From Selaginella moellendorffii (lineage: Eukaryota > Plantae > Lycopodiophyta): DNA of 64,000 nt. The position numbers were made by a program, and so were the translations under genes. Each line of letters starts with the position of its first letter. Position 1 is the first letter of the stretch. The stretch spans positions 1,587,858-1,651,857 of the forward strand of contig NW_003314296.1 of assembly GCF_000143415.4 (NCBI RefSeq). Direction: 5' to 3'. Shown here in pieces: positions 37,701 through 50,300 of the stretch. Under the pieces are notes generated by a model, which saw only the letters and a program-made list of their open reading frames with translations, searched no databases and was not told the DNA's origin.

Positions 37701-40700
37701 TGTAGCGCACGTGGTTTTGACCCTTTATCCTATGGTGATTTACCATAGGATAACACCACGAAGCGGTACCTAAACCCTCTTTGTGCCACGTGGCAGATGC
37801 CATGTGTCACATGCCACGTGTCCATAGAAACCCGAGGTTCAGGGCCTTGGGCCACTGAACAAAGGAACGGTGCGAAACTCCCAAGCGTGGAGCTGAGGAG
37901 TGACAGAACCGAACCATGGAGCAACTCCCGAGCATGAAGCCCAAGGAGCGAAGGGACAGGAGCCCGGAGCGACTTGGAATAGTCTTGGAGCAACTAGCAT
38001 CCCAATGCCAGGATCAACACGCAAAACGGGGCCAAAAAGGTTTGGGGGTTTTTTGGGAATACGGGGGGCTTAAGGGGGGGAAAGGGGTCTCCCCCCAATT
38101 ACCAGGAAAGGAAATTGGGGTTTAACCCCAACCCGGCCCCAAAAAAAGGAAAGCCCCCCAAGGGGAAGTTAGCTTTTCCCCCGGTTTGGTGGGTTTTGCC
38201 GAACCAAACCGATATCTTTAAATAGATTTTGGGAGGGCAAAAAAGCCCCCCCCCCCCCCCCCCCCCCCCTTGAGGAACACATGCTTTGGGCTTTCACCCC
38301 AAGCCTCCTTTAGTATCAGGAGTTAGTCTCTGGGACAAGCTCGAAACTTACTAAATATGGAATGTCCTTAGATTGCGAATTTGGACACGGGACAAACACC
38401 ATTGTGTTCAGGACAATCTCTACATTCCGTAGATATGCCAAATGAGCGAATCTAGACACTTTCCATAAATAGCATTTGGGACCTAAATGAGACTAACACA
38501 AAGGGCATGATAGCGAGGGTGTTTAGCAGACACGGTAAGCTATCATGTAGCGATATTGAGGGACCAATCTCAATACACGAGGGTTCTTGTCAAGCCAGTG
38601 CAAGACAGAGCAAAAGAGAACTAACAAGCCGGGCCAAGTATGCTCAGCTAAATAGACACTTAGGAATTCCTTCTTTATGCTCATCCGGCCAAGTATAGAT
38701 GCAAAGTCCAGTTTACTAACACTTGAACAAGAGGGGCCGATAAAGGGAACCAGCAGTACCGACCTCCTGCCATCGTGGCAGTAAGGTAAGAGTGTCCGTA
38801 AGGACTAGTTGACAGGTAACTTTTGATACCCGAAGTCACATTTGCGACACTCTCCTCCCCTAGGGAAGATCGACGTCCTCGTCGATGCACACTCGAGTCT
38901 AGAATACCGTCAAGGAAACAACTCCAGAAAAAGTTCACGGTACTCACACTATGTGAGAAATGCACCAACTTAAATGAGTTAGGGGGCAACCTCTTTGTTT
39001 AACGCGGATGCACTACCAGCTCAGACACCTTCTGGCCGTCGCCGACAAGGAAATGACCAACGGAGTCAGCCACCTTTGCTGCTCTGGGAGTCACCCAGCT
39101 TACAAAAGTGTGATACACCCCTGCCCGCAGGGACATAGAGAGAGAAGCTAGAGGCCCCAACCCTCCTGAGCAAAGAAACCAAACCCGTCGGTAAGGTTTA
39201 GATAGACTACTGTAAATAGGCAGTTAGAGTTGTTTACACGGTCACGCCCCTTTTAACGGAATAAGGAACATCGACAGAGAGGCGGGTTATGTGACCAGTC
39301 TACAGTAGCTACCCCATGACTAGAGATTTCACCATGCACACGAAGTGCCGAAGCCAGTCTGCCTATACTGGCCCAAACTCAAAGATCAATAGATGGACAA
39401 TATCAAAGTCATAAACAATGATATCTTAGAGACTTAATTATCAGTGAGTAACTCTTATATTAGAACACAAAAGTATTCCAAGTAAGTTATCATCCGATAA
39501 ACTAATATTGTAGAGTATAGGAACCACTAAGATTATCATAATTGGTAAACATAGGAATCACCATCCAACAAAATTCAATAGCAAGGATATCATCAAAGAA
39601 ACTCAATGATAAAACTTAACTATCAAACATCGCAGATAGAATGCCAAACAACTTACGAAAGATAACTCAAAGAACACAAAGTATCATTGACTAACAAGCA
39701 CAATGCTCGCGAATGTATCACCCGAAAGAAATAACATCCCAATCTATCAGAACTAACTTGAGCAATAATCAACAGAATAGAATGAATNNNNNNNNNNNNN
39801 NNNNNNNNNNNNNNNNNNNNNNNNNNNNNNNNNNNNNNNNNNNNNNNNNNNNNNNNNNNNNNNNNNNNNNNNNNNNNNNNNNNNNNNNNNNNNNNNNNNN
39901 NNNNNNNNNNNNNNNNNNNNNNNNNNNNNNNNNNNNNNNNNNNNNNNNNNNNNNNNNNNNNNNNNNNNNNNNNNNNNNNNNNNNNNNNNNNNNNNNNNNN
40001 NNNNNNNNNNNNNNNNNNNNNNNNNNNNNNNNNNNNNNNNNNNNNNNNNNNNNNNNNNNNNNNNNNNNNNNNNNNNNNNNNNNNNNNNNNNNNNNNNNNN
40101 NNNNNNNNNNNNNNNNNNNNNNNNNNNNNNNNNNNNNNNNNNNNNNNNNNNNNNNNNNNNNNNNNNNNNNNNNNNNNNNNNAAAACAAACTTCAACATCG
40201 AAGCTAATGAGCCAAAATGCCTTCCCCAACAACTTCTAACAAATGGAACAACGAGCATAAAACTCAAAGAACCAAAAGCTGAAGGAAGTTTATAGCCAAG
40301 TCTTTCCTAACAATGATCACAAGTCTCACATGAACTAACTTCAATGCTAAAGAAGAAATTATGGTGCAACCCACAATATCTTCCTCAACACATCCATAAG
40401 CTAAACTTCATAATGCCAAAGCTAATGAAGAGCATATCTGCATCAATCCAAAAGCTAAGCATAACGAAGCTATGCTCAACAAGTGACCAAACGATCCTCC
40501 ATGAATCCATCTATAGCAAGACGTAACTCACGTCATAACAAGCACAAAAAGAATCATCAATGATCAATATATTCCAACTCAAATTCAATAAGGATTCAAA
40601 CATTCCAATATCAATCATTAATTCTTCCGCTTGTAGAGTTAGCATAGTTCACGACTGAATCACTTTTCAAGGAAAAGCCAAAGCTTAACCCCTACTAAAT

Positions 40701-43700
40701 AATCTCGTCTAGAACACAACTAACTCAAACTTGCCACTCAGTTCATTTGAACGTCAACACAGTTGCTAACTAGCAAATGTACGAATGTTAATAACATAAG
40801 CTATAGCCAAATCATCAACACTACCTTCATCAAAACTAATGAAACTCGACATCAATCTTGCAGAGAGACATCTCATTTCACTAAAATTTCAACATCAACA
40901 ATGTCAACGACAAAGCATCACTTCAATGCCATCAACACTAGAACAAAGCTAGAAGAAAGCACGAGTGTATCACCACTCAAAGCTCTCTAGCAACCAAGCT
41001 AACCAAGGTCGAAGATACTTTAGTTAGTATCCGAGACCAATCCTTTAGCAAAACTCAATTACAGATAACACTTTCTCAAGGAGTGAATCACCACGTCCAA
41101 GACTCAATGAAATCTAACACTATGAACTAAACGCAACCAAATGATATCAACAGAGGTAGAGTCGACATGCCAACATGGAAAACCCATGTAAGTCTAACGA
41201 CATGATCCTCCGCAACCCCATCTGATAAAGCAAGCCCATCACTGCTAAATCATCATCGAGTGAAGCAAATGTCAAAAGCCCTTGACAAAGTCTACAAGCA
41301 ATCACTAGTTGTAAAGCAACCAACAATCACTTGTCTTGCCTTTATAAGACCCAAACACTAAGCTCATGTCATCGAGTCATATACTTGTCCAATATAAACG
41401 TAATACCCCATGTACGAGATAAAAGTTCATGGACAAGCACGAACTAAATGACTACTCGAATCCAACTCAATCGCAATAAGCTCACCAATGCGTTTAGCCA
41501 ACAGCTCTGAGCATGCTTTGAAGAGGCTAACTATGCACAATCAACACTCAGTCAAAACTAAAGTGAAGACCATGAGATGGACTCATATCGGTACACAACC
41601 TCCTCATATTCAAAGTTATAGTACGGGTACTAACATCTCAACCTCAAACAACTAAGTTGGACATCACTATCCTCAGCCAAGGTGCAGAGCTACCAAAACT
41701 AAGTCAAGATCAGTGAGAGCTCACTACTCTCATAGAGTCTAACGAAATGCAAGGTGCAACCTACTACCAAGCAGAACGCCAGAAGAAAGGCACAAGGGTC
41801 ACCCTTCTTAGAAAAGTGCAACGGCCACTTTTCTACACCAATTCTAGACTCTATCCAACTCAATTGCCTTAGCCCCAAAAGTTAGCATCCCTTTTCAGGT
41901 TGCATCATACAAACTATATACTAAGGTCTAAGCCAACTGAAGTCAACTCCAACCCCTTCACTAGTTTGTAATAGCTTACGAAAATGGAATGGTTTTCGGG
42001 CAACGTGATCAACAGATCAGCCATTGGAAAAGCCTAAGAAAATTTGTGGAAAAATTTCCATCCTAGAGAAAGAATGACTCTTAGTCTAGAAATACAAACT
42101 TCCAAGACTCAACCAACTTCCTCCTACTAACAACTTCACATAAGTTCACCTCAACACAAATTCTCAAGACCCATAGTATGCTAAGCATCGAACATCTTTT
42201 TGCCCATACTTCCGATATCCAATACCGATATCCGCAAAAATGCAAAATGAACATCCAAGGCTTGATCACGAAGACCATATCTTTGGATATTCACATTGCA
42301 CTAACACTTTTCTTCAACCACCTTCAAGATCCAATATGAAGCTAAAACACTAACAAGAAAAATGACATGAAAAATCAAGCTTTAAGGAAAATTCCTCATC
42401 ACTTAAAATAACAATGCCACCTCCACTAACACAAGTGCTAGTAATGTCAATGCCTCAACTACACATCTTTTCCATCCAATAATCTACTCCAAGTGTTAAC
42501 GGATCAACTGATGAGCTATAGCAAATGAATGCTACAACCCTTTTCCAACACCTTATGGGCAAACCCTCAAGGAAACAAGGAACTAACTTAAGTTTAGCAT
42601 AATGGACCATTATCGAGAACCTAGTCAAAGTTACTACAATGCTACTTCATGTAAGTAGATTAGCTTCTCCATCAACCACTTTGGGGTTGATCATCGTTTA
42701 ACCAAGCAACTTTGTAAACACATTGCTCATTATCACATGGATATGATATAAAAATCACAATGACTTGACAATCAATTGAGCAATACCACGAGCGATGTCT
42801 ATGTCATTACTTCAAAGGTTTATGTGAGTATCAAGTGCAAACTTGATTCGACAAAATGCAACATAAATGCCACACTCCACCGATAGAGATTTACAACACT
42901 CAGCACCACTAACTTTTGTTCACAACATGGACAAACTCATGCCACTCTCTTTTCGACCAAACTCAACCCTAATCCAACACCAAGCTACTCAAGGAGCAAT
43001 AGCAAAGTTCCTCGGAAAAGAATTGAGCATTGCAACACCAGTCTTCCATAGCAAGCCTAGACAAAATGGTATAACGTTTCACCGCTATCCATCCCACAAC
43101 TCACCATTTGTAAGACCATCATCTCCAACATGCATCAAGGTAGGGACTCTTGATTGCATAATGTGAACACGAGCAATGAGTCACACTTCGTTGCAAATCA
43201 TCTCTCCAAGAAGAGAAGATGATTTATGTGTTTGATCCTTCGTCCCTGATGACTCTCTTTTCGGTCTCATCTTTGACTACACTTCAAGCTTGCGTTTGCA
43301 CTGCCTTCAGTCCAGTCCAAGAAAAGTTTATGAGAAAGCATGGCAATGACTACTTGAATCAATAGACTAATCCCTATAGTCTTGATTGATCCACTTATAA
43401 TCATGCCTAGGAAGGATCCACTAGTGCCGTGCTAAACAACTATGGACCAACCTATTTGCCACTCATAGCAAACTCAGGGAAGTTTTACTTTCACCCACAG
43501 TACATGGAACAACTCATGGAACCATCGATAGGCTAACATTAATCCTGCCAACTCAAAGTGTAACCTTGAGTTGCTAATGTGCCTCACTCACGAGCCCAAG
43601 CGTAAACTCATGCTAACGGAGCACCTCAAATCCATCCTATGAGCCCAAGAGCAAGCTCACATTATTAGGTACAAAAGGTAACCAAAACCATACCCAAGGA

Positions 43701-44963
43701 ACGAAGGTGAACCCTTTGCACCAAACGTGTACCCACTTGGATCATCGTTTTCATCTCTACGTATGCAATGAGACTAGTTACCCAGTCTCATTGGATAGTA
43801 CTCGCCGAGACTTATCCTCTGATACCAAATGTAGCGCACGTGGTTTTGACCCTTTATCCTATGGTGATTTACCATAGGATAACACCATGAAGTGGTACCT
43901 AAACCCTCTTTGTGCCACGTGACAGATGCCACATGTCCATGCCACGTGTCCATAGGAACCCGAGGTTTAGGGCCTTGGGCCACTAAACAAAGGAACGGTG
44001 CGAAACTCCCAAGCGTGGAGCTGAGGAGTGACAGAACCGAACCATGGAGCAACTCCCGAGCATGAAGCCCAAGGAGCGAAGGGACAGGAGCCCGAAGCGA
44101 CTTGGAATAGTCTTGGAGCAACTAGCATCCCAATGCCAGGATCAGCACGCAAAACGGAGCCAAACGGAGTCTGGCACTATTTTGGCATACTGGTGGCCTA
44201 ACGTGAGGACATGGGTACTCCACCAACTAACATGGAATGGAACTTGGGCTTAGACCCAAGCCGGACGCAGAACAAGGACAGGCACGCAAGCGGAAGCTAG
44301 ACTATGCCTCAGGTTGGTCGGCCATGCCCAACCTACCCACTATCCTTACTATACATTTGGAACCCCCCACAGCCCCCCCCCCCTTGAGGAACACACGCTT
44401 TGGGCTTTCACCCCAAGCCTCCTTTAGTATCAGGAGTTAGTCTCTGGGACAAGCTCGAAACTTACTAAATATGGAATGTCCTTAGATTGCGAATTTGGAC
44501 ACGGGACAAACACCATTGTGTTTAGGACAATCTCTACATTCCGTAGATATGCCAAATGAGCGAATCTAGACACTTTCCATAAATAGCATTTGGGACCGAA
44601 ATGAGACTAACACAAAGGGCATGATAGCGAGGGTGTTTGGCAGACACAGTAAGCTATCATGTAGCGATATTGAGGGACCAATCTCAATACGCGAGGGTTC
44701 TTGTCAAGCCAGTGCAAGACAGAGCAAAAGAGAACTAACAAGCCGGGCCAAGTATGCTCAGCTAAATAGACACTTAGGAATTCCTTCCTTATGCTCATCC
44801 GGCCAAGTACAGATGCAAAGTCCAGTTTACTAACACTTGAACAAGAGGGGCCGATAAAGGGAACCAGCAGTACCGACCTCCTGCCATCGTGGCAGTAAGG
44901 TAAGAGTGTCCGTAAGGACTGGTCGACAGGTAACTTTCGATACCCGAAGTCACATTCGCGACA
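37701..44963 (-). mobile_element. Complete family B element (B2) inserted in the 5' LTR of element C
   Basis: LTRs at 43830-44963 and 37701-38849; PBS TGGTATCAGAGG; PPT; TSD ACTTT (37696-37700 / 44964-44968). Confidence 0.93.
39788..40181. other. Assembly gap (N run)
   Basis: Run of Ns inside the B2 interior. Confidence 1.
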
Positions 44964-45197
44964 ACTTTGGGGCCTAGGGATTTTGTGTCTCACAGTTACC
45001 TATCGGCTAGTCCTTTCGGATATTCTTTCCTTACTGCCACGATGGCAGGAGGTCGGTATGGCTGGACCCGTTATCAGTTTCCCACTTGAGCTAGTTGAGA
45101 AACTGATCAATGACCATACACTTAGATTGGATAAACATAAAGTAGGAACCCTATGTGTTTCTTGCTGAGCATACTCGGCCTGGTTTGAGAAACTTGA

Positions 45198-46930
45198 TGT
45201 AAGTGACTAATTTTTCGATTCTACTTTAGTCACTTAACCGCATCTCCGACCACTTGGAGGAGTCTTATTCACAACCTCCATAAGTCCCTCTCAGGACTTG
45301 GGGCTTGCTAGCCCCGAGAACGGCATCTATGCCACTCAACCTTTGCACTTGGTCCAAGTGCTCCATGTGTCAGGTCCGATGACCGACACCCCAAGGCACC
45401 CCCGACATATTGGCCCGTTACGCTAAAGCCATGCCCATTCACCTTGGTCACACCTTTGGTCTAACGCCACCGGCATCATAGTCCCGTCTCTCAAAGACTG
45501 GGCCATCCGTCCGTGAGTGATCATCCTAGATCCACTCCTTAGCATCCCTGGGATGTCCGCAAATATGGGGAATAGCCTTCCCGACATCTCTTTTCCAGTC
45601 CCCACCAAGTCCCTTCTCGTCCAAGGCCGTGTTCACCAACACTGCCACTGGATCAAGGCCCACCGGCCCGACCACTAAGTCCCACTATCCTTTAGGACTT
45701 CCTCACCATGTGACCGTATCCTTGGTCACTGCATTAGAGGCCTACTCCTCTTCCCTTTCACCGTTTGGGACTTTGGGAAAACATTTCGGAACACCGTGGC
45801 CTTACGCAAGCCTCATGGGTACTCTCCCTGACTTTCACCTTTAGGTGCTCTAGCCATGGGCTTAGAGCGAGGTTCCGTTGAGCCACGACAGGTATCCAAG
45901 TAGGTAGTGCCACCCACACTTGGACTGGGAGCATCAGCCAGTCGATCTCCAGGGGGAACTAGAGCCGGCTCATGAACACTTCACCAAGCTACCCCGCTTG
46001 TCGGTCCGTGTTCACTCTAGTCATGGACTTCCCAATGGGCAGCTCATCACCCAACACTGGGTCCGGCCTTCCTGGGCCAAACTGGCCTTTCCTGGCCAAA
46101 TTGGCTCTACTGCAGTCCTCCCCCCCTACTATACTTTTGGAGCTCACCAAACCCCCCAGGGTCTGGGAGATGAACGCTTTGGGCTTTCACCCTCTCAGAC
46201 TCGAACTCGGACTTGACCTCGGACTCGGACTCGGACTTGGACTCGGACTCGGATTCGGACTCGGACTCAGACTCGGATTCGGACTCGGACTCGGACTCGG
46301 ACTCGGGCTCGGCCTTGGCCTCGGTCTCGGTCTCGGTCTTGGTCCCGGTCTCGACTTCGGACTCCATCTTGGGTCCATCTCAGACTCCATCTCGGGTCCA
46401 TCTCGGGTCCATCTCGGACTCCATCTCGGACTCCATCTCGGGTCCATCTCGGGTCCATCTCGGACTCCATCTCGGACTCCACCTCGGACTCCATGTCGGG
46501 TCCTTCTCGGACTCCATCTTGGACTCCATCTCGGGTCCATCTCGGGTCCATCTCGGACTCCATCTCGGACTCCATCTCGGACTCCATCTTGGGTCCATCT
46601 CGGGTCCCATCTCGGGTCCATCTCGGACTCCATCTCGGACTCCATCTCGGGGTCTTTCTCGGACTCCACTTCGGACTCCAACTTGGGTCCTTCTCAGACA
46701 CTTCTACGTGTCATGTGTTGGTCCTTTTGGGTCCCTTTTTGGAGCCTCGCTTATTGCTCTCTTTGTGCTTGTTCCTCGAGCACTTCGTTGGGAGTTCCAC
46801 TCCCGCTCTCGACCTTTCAAGGCAGAGCTTTTAGTCCAAACGTGTTACGCTCATTTGGCTTTCGCTTCGGCCACTACCATGTGGCGCCCCTCCGGCTCCA
46901 CTTTGGGGCCTAGGGATTTTGTGTCTCACA
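45198..46930 (-). mobile_element. Family C solo LTR
   Basis: TGTAAG...TCTCACA homologous to 29796-31820. TSD CTTGA. No PBS or PPT. Confidence 0.93.
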
Positions 46931-47112
46931 CTTGAGTCATTGGCTTGCACTTGCTAGTATCAAGAACCCCCACGATATTGAGATTGGTCCCTCAATATTC
47001 GCTACATGATAGCTTACCGTGTCTGCCAAACACCCTCGCTATCATTCTTTTTGTGTTCGTCTCATTTCGGTCCCAAATGCTATTTATGGAAAGTGTTCAG
47101 ATTTGCTCATTT

Positions 47113-47399
47113 ATGCTTTATTTCGTTAAAGTGGAATTTTTCATTATCCCACTTATGGTGTGTGGCCACATGCCATTTTTATAACAACAATAAAAAATTG
47201 AAGTTTTAACTTTATAATTTATAAATTAAAAACTTTTCATATGATTTTGTGTTATAATATTGTGAAATATAAAAAATAAATTAAAAAACTGATAGAAATA
47301 TTAATAAATATTAATTAAGTACTAGGAAATGGCATGTGGACACATGTTAATTAATGTCCCATTTTACTGAATAAGTTCCACTTTAACGAAATAAAGCAT
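47113..47399. mobile_element. 287-bp MITE with perfect 24-bp TIRs (possibly Sola1-type)
   Basis: ATGCTTTATTTCGTTAAAGTGGAA at both ends, inverted. The empty site ctc-attt-ggc in the other B LTRs gives TSD ATTT. Inner inverted CCACATGCCATTT. Confidence 0.88.
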
Positions 47400-50300
47400 A
47401 TTTGGCATATCTACGGAATGTAGAGATTGTTTTGAAGACAATGGTGTTCGTCCTGTGTCCAAATTCACAATCTAGGGACATTCCATATTTAGTAAGTTTC
47501 GAGCTTGTCCCAGAGACTAACTCCTGATACTAAGGGAGGCTTGGGGTGAAAGCCCAAAGCGTGTGTTCCTCAAGGGGGGGGGGGGGGGGGGGCTGTGGGG
47601 GGTTCCAAATGTATAGTAGGGATAGTGGGTAGGTCGAGCATGGCCGACCAACCTGAGGCATAGTCTAGCTTCCGCTTGCGTCCCTGTCCTTGTTCTGCGT
47701 CCGGCTTGGGTCTAAGCCCAAGTTCCATTCCATGCTAGCTCACGTTAGGCCACTGGTATGCCAAAATAACGCTAGACTCCATTTGGCTCCGTTTTGCGTG
47801 CTAGTCCTGGCATTGGGATCCTGGTTGCTCCAGGACTGTTCCAAGTTGCTCTGGGCCCCTGTCCCTTTGCTCCTTGGGCTGCATGCTCGGGAGTTGCTCC
47901 GTGGTTCGGTTCTGTCACTCCTTGGCTCCATGCTTGGGGGTTTTGGCACCGTTCCTCCTTTCAGTGGCCCAAGGCCCTGAACCTTGGGTTCCTATGAACA
48001 CGTGCCATGGATACGTGGCATGTGACACGTGGCATCTGTCACGTGGCAGGGTTATGTTCCGCTTCGTGGTGTTATCCTATGGTAAATCACCATAGGATAA
48101 AGGGTCAAAACCACATGTGCTACAATTTTGCATGTTAGTCCTGGCATTGGGATGCTGGTTACTCTAGGATTGTTCCAAGTCGCTCCGGGCTCTTGTCCCT
48201 TCGTTCTTTAGGCTATATGCTCGGGAGTCGTTTCGTGCTCTAATGCTAATGCTCCTTGGCTCCATGCTTGGGAGTTTGGCACTGTTCCTTCATTCAGTGG
48301 CCCAAGGCCCTGAACCTCGGGTTCCACATCACTGTCTTTTAGACATGTGGCATATGACACGTGGCATGAGTCACCTGGCATAAAGAGGGTTTAGTTTCCA
48401 CTTCGTGGTGTTATCCTATGGTAAATCACTATAGGATAAAGGGTAAAAACCATATGCAGTACATTTGGTATTAGAGGATGAGTCTCGGCAAGTATTATCC
48501 AATGAGATTGGGCAACTAGTTTCGTTGTATATGCAAAGATGAAAATGATGATCCGAGTAGGTACACGTTTGGGTGCAAAGGCTTCGTAATCGTTCCTTAT
48601 GTATGGATTTGGTTACCTTTTTGTACCGCATTGTATGAGCTTGCTCTTAGGCTCATAAGATAGATGTGAGATATTCCATTTGCATGAGCTTAGGCTTGGG
48701 CTCGTGAGTGAAGCACATTAGCAACTTGAAGTTACACTTTGAGTTGGCAGGATTAATGCTAGCCTATTGTTGTTCTAGTGGTTCCATAAGTTGTTCCTTG
48801 TACCATGGGTAAAAGTAAACCTTCTTTGGGTTTGCTATGAGTGGTAAATAGGCTAGTCTATAGTTGTTTAGCATGACACTAGTGGATCCTTCCTAGGCAT
48901 GATTATAAGTGGATCAATCAAGATTATAGGGATTAGTCTATTGATTCAAGTAGTCATTGCCGTGCTCTCTCTCAAACTTTTCTTGGATTGAACTGAAAGC
49001 AGTGCGAAAGCAAGCTTGAGGTTTAGTCAAAGATGAGACCGAAAAGAGAGTCATCGAAGACAAAGGATCAAATACATAAATCATTTTTTCTTTTTAGAGG
49101 ATGATTTGCAACGAGGTGTAACTCATTGCTTATGTTCGCATTATACAATCAAGAGTCCCTACCTTGATGCATATTGGTTATGGTGGTCTTACAAGTGGTG
49201 AGTCATGGGATGGATAGCAGTGAAGCGCTAAACCATTTTATCTAAGCTTGCTATTGAAGATTTGGGTTGCAATGTTCAATTCTTTTTCTGGGAACCTTGC
49301 TATTGCTCCTTGAGTAGCTTGGTTTTGGATTAGTTTTGAGTTTAGTCTGAAAGATAGTGGCATGAACTTGTCCGTGTTGTGAACGAAAGTTAGTGGTGTT
49401 GGGTGTTATAAATCTCTATCGGTAGAGTGTGGCATTTATGTTGCATTTTGTCGAATCGAGTTGACACTTCATAGTCACATAAACCTTTGAAGTAATGATG
49501 TGGGTATTGCTCGTTTTGTTACTCAATTGATGATCAAGTCATTGTGATTTTTATATCATGCCTATGTGATAATGAGCAATATGTTTACGAAGTTGCTTGA
49601 TCAAAAGATGATCAACCCCAAAGTGGTTAATGGTGAAGCTAATCTACTTACATATAGTAGCATTGTAGTAGCTTTAACTAGATTCTCGATGGTGGTCCAT
49701 TATGCTAAGCTTAAGTTGGTTCTTTGTTCCTTGAGGGTTTGCCCATTAGGTGTTAAAAAAGAGTTATAACATTCACTTGCTATGGCTTGTTGGTTTAGGG
49801 TAGATTGTTGGATGGAGAAAATGTGTAGTTGAGGCATTAACATCACTAGCACTTGTGTTAGTGGAAGTAGCATTGTTATTTTGAGTGATGAGGAATTTTC
49901 AAGGAATTTTCCTTAGAGTTTGATTTTCCATGTCATTTTTTTTGTTAGTGTTTTGGCTTCACATTAAATTTTGAAGGTGGTTGAAGAAGAGTGTTAGTGC
50001 AATGTGGATATCCGAAGATATGGTCTTCATGATCAAGCCTTGGATGTTCATTTTACATTTTACGGATGTAGATGTTGGATGTCAGAAGTATGGGCAAAGA
50101 TGTTTGATGCTTAGACATACTGTTGGATCATGAGAATTTGTGTTGAAGTGAACTTATTGAAGTTGTAGGTAAGAGAAAGTTGGTTGAGTTTGAAAGTTTG
50201 TATTCCTGGACTAAAAGTCATTTTTTCACTAGGATGGAAAAATTTCCATAAATTTTCTTAGGCTTTTTTAATGGTTCATATGTTGATCACTTTGTCCGAA

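Larger units (their letters stand above)
29796..44994 (-). mobile_element. Family C large non-autonomous LTR element with ~2-kb minisatellite-bearing LTRs
   Basis: 3' LTR 29796-31820; 5' LTR 35864-37700 plus 44969-44994; iMet PBS TGGTATCGGAGC (~35850-35861); PPT GGGTGGTGGAGT; 4-kb interior without long ORFs; TSD GTTAC. Confidence 0.92.
29762..48124 (+). mobile_element. Family B solo LTR inserted in LTR1, itself split by three insertions
   Basis: TGTCGCG...GCTACA pieces at 29762-29795, 45000-45197, 46936-47112 and 47404-48124. TSD ATTTT (29757-29761 / 48125-48129). Confidence 0.9.

Noticed and set aside
39653-40267. ORFs containing runs of X
   Set aside because: They span an assembly gap.
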